DNA of 64,000 bases from Candidatus Aminicenantes bacterium (GTDB taxonomy: Bacteria; Acidobacteriota; Aminicenantia; Aminicenantales; Saccharicenantaceae), in contig CAVUOW010000004.1 of the NCBI GenBank assembly GCA_963743205.1, positions 422,978 to 486,977 of the forward strand, given 5' to 3'. Of the stretch, positions 42,296-52,260 are shown in pieces. Made by a program: the position numbers and the translations under genes. Position 1 is the stretch's first letter. Every line of letters begins with the position of its first letter. Under the pieces are notes generated by a model, which was given only the letters and a program-made list of their open reading frames with translations, was not told the DNA's origin and searched no databases.

Positions 42296-43345
42296 TCAGA
42301 ACGGAGGGCGATAGATGTTGATGATGTCCTTGAGAAGGGCGGCGGCGGCGCCGCGGGGATTGGAGCGGCCGCCGGTCACGGTGACCGAGCCCATGGAATC
42401 CGTGAGGAAGGTGATGCCCTTCTCGGTGCCGTTGACGTGAACGAGCGGATGGGAGGCTTCGATGAGCGAGGGACGGACGTCGAGGCTCCATCTCCCGCCC
42501 TGGCGTCCCGGAGCGGCCGTCGCCAGGAGCTTGACCGACCGCCCTTCCCGTCGGGCCGATCGCACGAAATCGACCGCCATGCCGGTGATGCCGGAGACTT
42601 TGACGTCCTTCAGGACATAAGCCGCGTCGAGGCAGGCGTTGGTGATGAGCAGGATCTTGCAGGCGCTGTCCCAGCCGCCGACGTCATGGGCCGGATCGGG
42701 CTCGGCGATGCCCTTGTCCTGGGCCTCTTTAAGCGCCTCATCATAATCGAGCCCCTCGCCCATGCGGGTCAGGACGTAATTCGAGGTCCCGTTGAGGATC
42801 CCCTGGATCCCCTCGATGCGCGCCCCGGCCAGCGAGAACAGGCCGACGTCGAGAGTGGGCAGGGCGGCGGCCGTGGCCCCGCTGAACTTGAGAAAGACGC
42901 CGTTCTCCGCGGCCAGCGATTTGAGCGCCGGCAGGCCGACCACGAGGGCCCCCTTGCTCGCCGCGACGGCATGCCATCCGGCGTGGAACGCGGCCGTGAT
43001 GTAGGACAGCCCCGGCTCCCCCGTTTCGAGATCGGAGGCGGTGCATTCGACGAGGCAGCCGCCCTGGCCATGCCGTTCGAGGACATCGGCGACTTTCAAG
43101 CCTTCCTGCCAGGAGGGGTTGCCGGTCGTCCAGAGGTCCCCGGCCCGGGAGATCTGCCGGACCTCGAGCGGATCGCCCGAATAGAAGCAGCCTTCGGTCC
43201 GCGCGACCGCCAGGATCCTGAGGCCGAGGCCGTATCGGCGCTCGAGGTCCTCGGTCTTTTCACGAAGGAGGGAGACGAAGGCCCGGCCGACGTGGCCGAA
43301 GCCGGTGATCACGAGAGGGACGGTCTTCACGGACGGGAAATCCAT
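42296..43345 (-). CDS. hom: Homoserine dehydrogenase (no ACT domain); start at ATG 43345 or GTG 43330
   Basis: GFGHVG, GILNGTSNY, GIAEPDP..DV.GWD. Confidence 0.9.
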   Translation of the reverse strand: MDFPSVKTVPLVITGFGHVGRAFVSLLREKTEDLERRYGLGLRILAVARTEGCFYSGDPLEVRQISRAGDLWTTGNPSWQEGLKVADVLERHGQGGCLVECTASDLETGEPGLSYITAAFHAGWHAVAASKGALVVGLPALKSLAAENGVFLKFSGATAAALPTLDVGLFSLAGARIEGIQGILNGTSNYVLTRMGEGLDYDEALKEAQDKGIAEPDPAHDVGGWDSACKILLITNACLDAAYVLKDVKVSGITGMAVDFVRSARREGRSVKLLATAAPGRQGGRWSLDVRPSLIEASHPLVHVNGTEKGITFLTDSMGSVTVTGGRSNPRGAAAALLKDIINIYRPPF

Positions 43346-43436
43346 GGCGGAGAGGGCGGGATTCGAACCCGCGATCCCAATCGCTCGAGATAACGGTTTT
43401 CGAGACCGTCGCCTTCAACCACTCGGCCACCTCTCC
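43345..43436 (-). tRNA. tRNA-Ser (CGA)
   Basis: Reverse complement GGAGAGG...ACGGT-CTCGAAA-ACCGT, long variable arm, TTCGAAT, CCA. Confidence 0.97.
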
Positions 43437-43481
43437 GCACTGTCGGGACGCAAAACGGAAGCCGCATTATAGCCGAAATCG

Positions 43482-43943
<462 letters not shown>

Positions 43944-44058
43944 TTACTCCCGATCGCCGCCGGGGCGCAATCGCGGCCGAAGGCCTGCCGCGATCGCCGG
44001 ATGGCCAGTGGCGCGATTTCGGTCTATAATGCCGCCCATCGGATCAAAGGAGCATGAC

Positions 44059-45276
44059 ATGGACAGGTTCGAATGCCTCGCCTGCGGGCCCCTCGGCTCG
44101 CGGGACCCCTACTCTCCTTTCTGCCCCGGATGCGGAGAGCCTCTGTTCGTCGCGGCCGCCCCGCGCCCCGGCGGCCGTCGCATTCACGACGACAAACCGC
44201 TGGCCATCGAGAAGTTCGCCGAGTTCCTGCCGCTCGAACGGGTCGAACCCGAGCTGAGCCTGGGCGAGGGGCTGACCCCTCTCGTCAGGCTCGACCGGGT
44301 GGGACGTGCCCTCGGCCTCGACGACATCTATGCCAAGAACGAGGCCCAGAACCCGACCTCGAGCTTCAAGGACAGGGGTTCCGCCGTCGCGGTGCAGAAG
44401 GCCGTCTCCCTCGGCACCCGGCGGATCGGCACGGTTTCGACGGGCAACATGGCCGCGTCGACGGCAGCCTACGGCGCCCGGGCAGGCCTCGAGACCTTCG
44501 TCCTGCTCAAAGAAGGGACATCGGCCTCGAGCCTCCAGGCGGCGGGCATCTTCGGTCCCCGGCTCGTCGCCGTGGAGGGCGACTACGGCGCCGTCTTCAA
44601 CGCCAGCCTCGCGATCGGAAAAAGGCTCGGCATCACCTTCATGAACTCGATCGACCCTTATCGCCTGGAAGGTTACAAGGTCACGGCCTTCGAGATCTAC
44701 GTCCGCCTCGGCCGCCGCGCGCCCCGGACGGTGATCGTGCCGCTGAGCTCGGGCGGCCACCTGCTGGGCCTGATGCGGGGTTTCGCCGATCTGGAGCGCG
44801 AGGGGCTCATCGCGGCCTATCCGCAGATCGTCGGCGTCCAGGCCGAAAACTGCGCTCCGCTCGTTCGGGCGTTCGATAAAGGCCTGGAGAAATACGAACG
44901 GCTGGCGGCCGGCCCGACGATCGCCCATGCCATCGCCAACCCGACCCCGCCGGCTGGCAATACGGTCCTGCGGATGATCCGCGAGCGCGACGGACTTCTG
45001 GTGGCCGTATCGGACGAGGAGATGCTCGAGGCGCAACGGGAGCTGGCCTCGACGGAAGGCTTGTTCTGCCAGCCGGAGTCCGCGACGACGCTGGCCGCGC
45101 TGAGGAAGCTCACGGCCGCCGGCCGGATCAAGAGCGGCGAAGGCGGCATCGTCCTCATCGTGACCGGGAGCGGGCTCAAGACGCTCCACCTTCTGGTCTC
45201 GGCCCCGATCGAGGTCCACCGCCTGGCGCTCGACGGACTCGAAGCCGGCCTGGCCGGCCTGTGCCGTCCGGCCTAG
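44059..45276 (+). CDS. thrC: Threonine synthase
   Basis: N-terminal CxxC/CxxC, SLGEGLTPL, NPTSSFKDRG (PLP Lys), STGN, TGSGLK; AAGGAG SD. Confidence 0.85.
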   Translation: MDRFECLACGPLGSRDPYSPFCPGCGEPLFVAAAPRPGGRRIHDDKPLAIEKFAEFLPLERVEPELSLGEGLTPLVRLDRVGRALGLDDIYAKNEAQNPTSSFKDRGSAVAVQKAVSLGTRRIGTVSTGNMAASTAAYGARAGLETFVLLKEGTSASSLQAAGIFGPRLVAVEGDYGAVFNASLAIGKRLGITFMNSIDPYRLEGYKVTAFEIYVRLGRRAPRTVIVPLSSGGHLLGLMRGFADLEREGLIAAYPQIVGVQAENCAPLVRAFDKGLEKYERLAAGPTIAHAIANPTPPAGNTVLRMIRERDGLLVAVSDEEMLEAQRELASTEGLFCQPESATTLAALRKLTAAGRIKSGEGGIVLIVTGSGLKTLHLLVSAPIEVHRLALDGLEAGLAGLCRPA

Positions 45277-46349
45277 GTTTTTTTCACCAGGAATTCGAAG
45301 ATCTTTTCCCGGTTCGGGAAGAGGGCCGGCGTGCCGCCCGTGTGGAGGAAGACGACCTTGTCCGTCGGCTTGAAGAACCCCGTCTTGATCAGGTCCCTGA
45401 GGCCGATCATGGCCTTGGCCGTGTAGACGGGGTCGAGCACGATGCCCTCCGTCTGGAAGACCAGCCGGATGATCTCGGCGACGCCCTTGTCGACTACCCC
45501 ATAGCCCGCCCCGAGATATTCGTCGAAGACGGTGACGTCGTCCGCCATGATGTTGAGGCTGAGGCCGAGCGCGTCGTCCGTGGCCCGGGCGATCTCCAGA
45601 ACGTCGTCGGTGAACAGGCCCTTCGGGTCCGAGGCGCTGATGCCGATGACCCGGCAGCCCGGGCTCATGGACTTGGCGCCGATGACGAGGCCGGCCTGTG
45701 TCCCGCCGGAGCCCGTCGAGTGGACGACGTAGTCGGGCTCGAGGCCGCTGCTTCTCATCTGGTCGAGGAGCTCGGCGAAGGCGACGACGTAGCTGATGGC
45801 GCCGAGGGGCTTGTTCATGTCGCCGCGGACGAGGGACCCCCCGACGGGAACGAGGTAGGGCTTGTGCCCCTTGGCCTTGACCTCGCGCCCTGCCTCCTCC
45901 AGGACATCCATGGCCTGGGTCGCCTTGACGACCCGGCCCTTCTCGGATTGGAGAATGCGGATATCGGCGTCGAGGATGACATCGAGAAGGACGTTGCCGT
46001 CGGCGGTGGCGGGTTGGTCGGCGGGCTTGAAGAGCATCAGGATGGGCTTGATGCCGAAGGTCCGGGCCGCCGCCGCCGTCTGCATGCACCAGTTCGATTG
46101 GAAGCTGGCCCAGGTGATGACGACGTCGGCTTTCTTCTCGAGCATGTCGCTGATGATGAACTCGAGCTTGCGCGATTTGTTGCCCCCGAAAGCGAGGCCG
46201 GTCAGATCATCGCGCTTGACGTAGATCTCCGGGCCGCCGAGACGCGCCGAGAGCCGCTCCAGCTTGCGGAATGGAGTCGGGCGATGGATGATGTCGACGT
46301 GGGGAAAACGATCGGTGCGGTCGAGGACGTCCTTGGTCGAATAAGCCAT
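45273..46349 (-). CDS. D-cysteine desulfhydrase family PLP enzyme
   Basis: KRDD, GGNKSRKLE; LDPVYT and HTGG are the D-CDes-type residues rather than the ACC-deaminase Glu/Leu. Confidence 0.88.
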   Translation of the reverse strand: MAYSTKDVLDRTDRFPHVDIIHRPTPFRKLERLSARLGGPEIYVKRDDLTGLAFGGNKSRKLEFIISDMLEKKADVVITWASFQSNWCMQTAAAARTFGIKPILMLFKPADQPATADGNVLLDVILDADIRILQSEKGRVVKATQAMDVLEEAGREVKAKGHKPYLVPVGGSLVRGDMNKPLGAISYVVAFAELLDQMRSSGLEPDYVVHSTGSGGTQAGLVIGAKSMSPGCRVIGISASDPKGLFTDDVLEIARATDDALGLSLNIMADDVTVFDEYLGAGYGVVDKGVAEIIRLVFQTEGIVLDPVYTAKAMIGLRDLIKTGFFKPTDKVVFLHTGGTPALFPNREKIFEFLVKKT

Positions 46350-46390
46350 GGGTCGAACCTCCCTCGGATAGGGTAACAGATTGGGCCGGT

Positions 46391-46423
46391 AAAAAAAAGC
46401 CGGAGACGGCCACGAAGACCGGC
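46391..46423 (-). terminator. Terminator-like hairpin plus U8 tract
   Basis: GCCGG...CCGGC followed by TTTTTTTT on the minus strand. Confidence 0.45.
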
Positions 46424-46429
46424 GCCCTG

Positions 46430-46789
46430 AAAGATCCGAAGGAAGGCCATGACCCGGCCCGGGAGCGTCGCCTGGTCCATGCCCCTCAACTGGCCGATCA
46501 TGTGGAGGTAGTCGAAGGCGCTGAGGTGGGGATAGATCTCGGATTGTTCGGGGACGTAGCCCAGACGCCGCTTATAGGCGTGAAGATCATGCCCGATACC
46601 GCGGCCGTCGAAAAGGATCTCCCCTTTCGACGGTTCGAGGAGGCCGGCCAGCATCTTGATCGTCGTCGTCTTGCCGGCCCCGTTGGGTCCGAGATAGCCC
46701 AGGACCTCGCCCGGGCGGACGGTGAAGCTGACGTCCCTGACGACCGTGAAGGCCGAGAACTTTTTCGAGACTCCCCTCAACTCTAACAT
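46430..46789 (-). pseudogene. Truncated ABC-2 type ATP-binding protein (N-terminal about 120 aa)
   Basis: Walker A GPNGAGKTT and Q-loop region GYVPE present; no signature motif or Walker B; no permease follows. Confidence 0.75.
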
Positions 46790-46806
46790 AGGCCTGACTC
46801 ATCCTC

Positions 46807-46822
46807 TGCAACCGGCGTGCCA
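46807..46822 (-). promoter_or_regulatory. Sigma54 (-24/-12) promoter
   Basis: TGGCACGCCGGTTGCA on the minus strand, matching TGGCACG-N4-TTGC(A/T). Confidence 0.8.
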
Positions 46823-47013
46823 GCCCGGCTTCTCTCCGGGTCTCTCGAAAAGCCCTTTTTCTTCAGGGGAAGATATTCGGATAAGGCGCCGGGGCCGCCG
46901 CGCCCACGGGCGTTCAGGCGGGGCGGCCCGTAAATATTCGTTACAGGCGCGGCCGGATCGCCCGCCGGGCCTTCATGAATACGGAGGCTTTATCGCGAGA
47001 CTCGACGTTTGCT

Positions 47014-49803
47014 CTAGTAACGCGGGTCCTTGAGCACCGTGCCGGTCGTTGACTGCGATTTGCCGTCGACGGTCAGGACGACCCGGTAATCGCCCGGCTG
47101 GACCGGGAAGGAGGCAAAATTCGGATCGCCCATGGCCCCGCCGTAACCCATCTCGCGGGCCCGGCGCGCGCCTTCCTGGGCGGCTTTCTTCTCCTCCGGC
47201 GTCCGCTCCCGCCGGCCGGTCATGTTCCAATAGACCGTGTTGAGACCGGGGTCCGAAGTCGCCGCGATCTCGTTGAGGAGCAGGCTGCCGGCGAAGACCT
47301 GGACCTTCACGGCTTCTTTGGGCTTGGCTTTCAGCAGATAGGAAATGGCCAATCCGGGCGTTTCGCTTTCCCCGGCAAAGTTCGAGCTGCCGGATTCCCG
47401 CCGGCTCTGTCCCATCCATCGGGGCTTGGGTTCGATCCCGAAGAGATGGGCCTCTTGGCCCATGACCTCGGGCGTGAGCTCCTCGAGCGCCTTGATGTCG
47501 GCGATGTAAGCCCCCCGGCCATGGGTGGCCACGATGAGGTCGTTTTCGCGCGGGTGGATCTTGAGATCCTGGACGGGCTGGGTCGGCAGATCGGCTTTGA
47601 GCTTCGTCCAGGCCGCGCCGCCGTCGAGCGAGACATATACGCCGAAGTCCGTGCCGGCGAAAAGGAGTTTGGGGTTCTTGGGGTCCTCCCGGATGACATT
47701 GACCGGTCCCTCGGCCAACCCGGCCGCGAGCGACGTCCAGGTGGCGCCATAATCGGTCGTCTTATAGACGTAAGGCTTGAAATCGTCGTTCCGGAATCCG
47801 GTGTAAGAAACGTAAGCGGTCCCCGGATCCGAAGGCGAAGCCGCGACCCGGCTGACCCAATATCCGGGGTTTCCCGCGATCTTGTCGTTGAGCTTGGTCC
47901 AGGCCTTGCCGTTGTCGCGGGTGACCCAGACGTTGCCGTCGTCCGTGCCGGCCCAGAGCACGCCGGGAAGAAGGGGCGATTCGTCGAAAGTCGTGATCGT
48001 GCAGTACTGGATGTTGCCGTCTCCCCCCTTGCCGTCGACCATGAGCTTCGAGGGGTCGTTGGTCGACAGGTCGGGACTGATCTCCGTCCAGGACTCGCCG
48101 CGATTGGTCGACATGACCACGAGATTGCCGCAATGATAGATCGTCTCGTTGGCGTGGGCGGAGACGAGGATCGGCGCGCACCAGTTCCAGCGCGTCTCGG
48201 GCTTCAGCCGCTGGTAGGCGATGCTCTCGGATTCGCCGGTCACAAGGTCGACCCGGGTCAGCGGGCCGAATTGGGATTCGTTGTAGAGCGTGCGGTTGGT
48301 CGTCCGGTCGAAGACGTTGTACATCCCGTCGCCGCCGCCCACGGTGAACCAGTCCTCGAGCCGGATGGGCGGCGCCGTGCCGCCGCGGCCGCCGAATCCC
48401 CCGCCCCCGCCGACGTTGGTGCTCGGGCCCATCAGGTTCCCGTTGTCCTGCAGCCCGCCGGCGACACGGTACGGATAGGACATGTCGAAATCGATGGCAT
48501 AGAACTGCGCCAAGGACAGGAAGTCGGGATGGTACCAGTTCTTGCCGCCATCCCAGGTCAGACCCATCCCGTGGTCGTAGCCGAGGAGCATGTGAGCGCT
48601 GTCCTTGGGATCGATCCAGAGGGCGTGGTTGTCGCCGCCGAAGCGGAACGGCGCGTTCCAGGTCTTGCCGCCGTCACGGCTGGCCAGGACGCCGACGCTG
48701 AGGATGTAGACGACGTTCGAGTCGTTGGGGTCGACGATGATCTGGCCGTAGTAATACCCGGGATTGCCGCCGATGGACCTCTTCTCCGGGCTGACCTTGG
48801 CCCAAGTCGCCCCGGCATCGTCGGACCGGTAGATCTCGCCGTCGATCATGCCCTCGCTCGACTTGCCGGCCAGGACCTCCTTGTAGCGATCCTCGGCCGA
48901 CATCCCCGGCTTGTTGGCGTTCTCGATCTCGGCATAGACGATCTTCGGATCCTTGGGCGCGATGGCCAGGCCGATGCGTCCGAGGATGCCCGACGGCAGG
49001 CCGTTCGAGAGCCGGGTCCAGGTCTTGCCGCCGTCGACCGTCTTATGGATGCCGGATCCCGGCCCGCCGATCCCCCACGTCCAGGGCTTTCGGAACTTGT
49101 CGTAGGTCGCGGCATAGAGTGTCTCGGGGTCGGACGGGTCCATCACGATGTCGACCGCTCCGACAGCCCGGCCGTCGATCGTGACGCCGAGCGCCTGGGC
49201 CCAGGTCTGGCCGCCGTCAGTTGTCTTGTAGACGCCCCGGTCGAGGTTCTCGGAGTAGAGATGGCCCAGGGCGGCCACGTAAACGATGTCCGGGTTCGAG
49301 GGGTGGATAACGATGCGCCCGATGTGCTGGGATTCCTTGAGACCGGCATTGAGCCAGGTCTTGCCGCCGTCGACGGACTTATAGATCCCGTCGCCCCAGT
49401 AGGTCGAGCGGGAGTTGTTGGCCTCGCCCGAGCCGAGCCAGAGGATCGCGGGATCGGAAGGGGCCACGGCGATGTCGCCGATGGAGAAGACCTTCTCGTT
49501 CTCGAAGAGCGGCTCGAATGTCTGACCGTTGTTCTCTGTCTTCCACAGGCCGCCGGAGGCCGAGGCCGCGTAGAACGTGTTCGGCCGGCCGGCCGGGACG
49601 GCGAAATCGACGAACCGACCGCTCTGCTGCGTCGGACCGATCGAGCGGAAATTCATGCCCTTCAGGACGTGCGAGACGTCGAGCTTGGCGGGAGCCGCCG
49701 GGGCGGCCTTTCTCGCGGGCTTCGCCTGGGCCTCGAGGCCGGACGGGACCGCCGCGGCCAGCGCGGCCAGGACAACCAGGGTGATCGTAAGCTTCCTTGT
49801 CAT
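47014..49803 (-). CDS. Secreted BNR/Asp-box beta-propeller protein (VPS10/sortilin-like, glycosyl hydrolase-like)
   Basis: Signal peptide, FRSIGP..SGR, about 11 Asp-box repeats (S/TxDGGxTW), ATHGRG. Confidence 0.85.
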   Translation of the reverse strand: MTRKLTITLVVLAALAAAVPSGLEAQAKPARKAAPAAPAKLDVSHVLKGMNFRSIGPTQQSGRFVDFAVPAGRPNTFYAASASGGLWKTENNGQTFEPLFENEKVFSIGDIAVAPSDPAILWLGSGEANNSRSTYWGDGIYKSVDGGKTWLNAGLKESQHIGRIVIHPSNPDIVYVAALGHLYSENLDRGVYKTTDGGQTWAQALGVTIDGRAVGAVDIVMDPSDPETLYAATYDKFRKPWTWGIGGPGSGIHKTVDGGKTWTRLSNGLPSGILGRIGLAIAPKDPKIVYAEIENANKPGMSAEDRYKEVLAGKSSEGMIDGEIYRSDDAGATWAKVSPEKRSIGGNPGYYYGQIIVDPNDSNVVYILSVGVLASRDGGKTWNAPFRFGGDNHALWIDPKDSAHMLLGYDHGMGLTWDGGKNWYHPDFLSLAQFYAIDFDMSYPYRVAGGLQDNGNLMGPSTNVGGGGGFGGRGGTAPPIRLEDWFTVGGGDGMYNVFDRTTNRTLYNESQFGPLTRVDLVTGESESIAYQRLKPETRWNWCAPILVSAHANETIYHCGNLVVMSTNRGESWTEISPDLSTNDPSKLMVDGKGGDGNIQYCTITTFDESPLLPGVLWAGTDDGNVWVTRDNGKAWTKLNDKIAGNPGYWVSRVAASPSDPGTAYVSYTGFRNDDFKPYVYKTTDYGATWTSLAAGLAEGPVNVIREDPKNPKLLFAGTDFGVYVSLDGGAAWTKLKADLPTQPVQDLKIHPRENDLIVATHGRGAYIADIKALEELTPEVMGQEAHLFGIEPKPRWMGQSRRESGSSNFAGESETPGLAISYLLKAKPKEAVKVQVFAGSLLLNEIAATSDPGLNTVYWNMTGRRERTPEEKKAAQEGARRAREMGYGGAMGDPNFASFPVQPGDYRVVLTVDGKSQSTTGTVLKDPRY

Positions 49804-49824
49804 CGCGTCTCCTCCTTCTCCCGA

Positions 49825-50946
49825 CTATCGTTCGTTTATTCGGTAGACGACGTTTCTGGCCGCGAGGTCTTCCAGCATGGCCCGAAAGGCCGCCTCGTCG
49901 GCGCCGAGGAATTCCGGCGGCGAGATCCCCTTGCGGACGAACCGGCCGGCCAGGACGAGACGGGCCGCCGCCGCCGCCGGGAAGCCCGTCGTCCGGGCCA
50001 TGGACGAGAAGCCGGTCTTCCGGTCGCGCCGGTCGAAGAGATCGTACTGGATCTCTTTCGCTCTCCCGCCGGCGCTGCCCTCGACGACGATCCTCATGAC
50101 GGTGAATTCATCGTCCTCTTCGTGAAGATGCCAATGCTTGAACAGCACGGCCGAGGTGAAGTCGAGCGGCCGCACCCGGGCCCCCCGGACATCGACCTCC
50201 TCCGTGCCGAAAAAGCCGCTGTCGCGCAGGGCCCGGATGTGCTCGACGTGGCCCGGGTAGCGCAGGGTCTTTTCGATCATGTTGGGCACCTGGATCGTCG
50301 TCAACAGAGAGCGCAGGCCGTCGGAATTGAACGCCTCGAGCGTGCCGATCTCGGGGAATTCCATGTTCTCGACGTCCGAAAGGGCCGGCTTGACGACGAG
50401 GTGGCCGTTCTCGACGTAGCGGGCCGGCCGGGTGTATTCCTCGATGACGTCGGCGGGCGAGAACGGGGCCTTGTACTCGAAGGGGAACTGACGCCGGAAC
50501 GGCAGGCCGCCCACATAGCACGCAAAGCGCTGGACCGTCATGCGGGCGGCATGATAGCCCAGGATCAGGTTGCTCATGCCGGGCGCCACCCCGCAATCGA
50601 CCACCGCCGTGACGCCGGCCGCTTTTGCGGCGGCGTCGAGGGCCAGGGCATCCTCGGGAAAGAAGGAAATGTCGACCATATTCCGGCCGGCGGCGATGAC
50701 CTCGCGCAGAGTGGCGAAACCCATGGAGCCGGGGACGGCCCCGACGACGAGGTCGCATCCGTCGACGATCTTGCGGAGGGCGGCGGCCGATGAGAGATCG
50801 GCCTGGAGCGGCTTGACGCCCGTGCCGGCGAAACCGGCCAGATTATCTCGGCTGACGTCGACGGAGGTGACATCGAAATCGGCGGCGAGGTCGAGGGCGA
50901 TGACGCGGCCGACCATCCCGGAACCAAGAACGATGATCTTCTTCAT
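49825..50946 (-). CDS. Saccharopine dehydrogenase / lysine 6-dehydrogenase family
   Basis: GSGMVG Rossmann motif, DCGVAPGMSN, EKTLRYPGH, SMARTTG. Confidence 0.87.
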   Translation of the reverse strand: MKKIIVLGSGMVGRVIALDLAADFDVTSVDVSRDNLAGFAGTGVKPLQADLSSAAALRKIVDGCDLVVGAVPGSMGFATLREVIAAGRNMVDISFFPEDALALDAAAKAAGVTAVVDCGVAPGMSNLILGYHAARMTVQRFACYVGGLPFRRQFPFEYKAPFSPADVIEEYTRPARYVENGHLVVKPALSDVENMEFPEIGTLEAFNSDGLRSLLTTIQVPNMIEKTLRYPGHVEHIRALRDSGFFGTEEVDVRGARVRPLDFTSAVLFKHWHLHEEDDEFTVMRIVVEGSAGGRAKEIQYDLFDRRDRKTGFSSMARTTGFPAAAAARLVLAGRFVRKGISPPEFLGADEAAFRAMLEDLAARNVVYRINER

Positions 50947-51012
50947 GGAGACTCCTCAATTGACGACGGCGTCAGAAGGCAAGTTATAACCCAGGTCGGG
51001 CCGACTTTCAAC

Positions 51013-52147
51013 TCAATACCGGCCGTGCTCCTCGGCCACCTCGGCCAGGACGGCCACATTGTCCCGGGGCGTGCGCGGCGCGATCGAGCAGGCCGTGCTC
51101 AGGATGAAGCGGCCGCCGGGCCGGCCTGTTGCGATCCGCCGCTGCGCATCGGCCCGGACGGAACTCCGGTCGCCGGCGAGCAGAACGTTGACGGGATCGA
51201 TGTTGCCCTTGATGAAGATCCGTCCGCCGACGCGGCGCTTGGCGTCCTCGAGATCGACGCGCCCGAGCGGAGGCGGGTCCAGGCACTCGATGCCGGAGGC
51301 GCCTCCCTCGGCCATGAGCTCGAGCCGGTCGTGGATGTCTCCGCAGGTGTGGATGTAGGCCCGGACGTTCCTGGCCTCGATGGCCCGGGCGATGCGGCCT
51401 TCGTAGGGCAGGACGAAGGTCCTGTAAAATGCGGTCGAGAGAAAGCCCGCCGCCGGCGAACGGCGACGAGATCTTGATCGCATCGACCCCCGTCGCCGCC
51501 AATCCTTCGGCGATCCCGACGATCCCTTCCGTGAACCGGTCGAGGACGGCCGCGGCGCGGGCCGGGTCGTCCAGGAAGCCGAGCATCGCTCGTTCGAAGC
51601 CGAAGAGGTCGAGGACGTAGTCGAGAGGCGAGGTCACTTCCCCGTGCACGGAGAAGTCGCGCCCGGCGCTCCCGATCACCCGTTCGACGGCGTCGAAGGG
51701 ATGGCCCGGGTCGATCTCGAAGCGCAGGCCCTGCGATACGGGGATGTAGCCGGGACGGGGCGGCAGGGACGCGGGGTCGAGACGGTCGAACTCCGGCGCG
51801 ACGCGCGGCGACGCCGGACGGAACAGCGGCAGCTCGTCCGCCGGGAACCAGGTTTCGTCCCCGTTCTTCCAGCGGACGCGCTCCCCTTCCGGTTCCCGGA
51901 CAATCGAAACGGCCCGGCCTTCCCAATCCGGAGCATGACCGTGAAGACTGACGAGGATCCCATCGAACCGGTAGCGGGCCCGAAGCGCGAGGAGTCCCGC
52001 AGCGAAATCCTCGGTCGAATGCCAGAACCGCGATGGCGGCGCGCCCGTCTCCCGGAGCATGTGGCCGATGCTCATCTGGCACATGACGGGAACACGGTCG
52101 GGGCGTCCCCCCGACATCGCCGCGGCCATGCGTTCCTTCGATGTCAC
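51013..52147 (-). CDS. Uroporphyrinogen decarboxylase / MtaA-CmuA methyltransferase family, with a frameshift at about 51447
   Basis: TSKERM...PDRVPV N-terminus; IHTCG, KGNIDP and ILSTACSI in the second frame; AAGGAG SD before GTG 52147. Confidence 0.8.
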
Positions 52148-52260
52148 GACAGCTCCTTTGCCCGGCAGGATAGTCCCCCGCGCCGCCGCGGTCAAGGACG
52201 CCGTTTTACATTTGACCGGCCGGACGCTACTATGATACCGCAAATGATGGACTGCCCGTT

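Noticed and set aside
45273-46349. ACC deaminase assignment
   Set aside because: The diagnostic positions are Thr/Thr (PVYT, HTGG), not the Glu/Leu of true ACC deaminases.
48540-49380. Recurring CCAGGTCTTGCCGCCGTC-like DNA repeats
   Set aside because: They encode Asp-box (DGGKTW) protein repeats at irregular spacing; not a CRISPR array.
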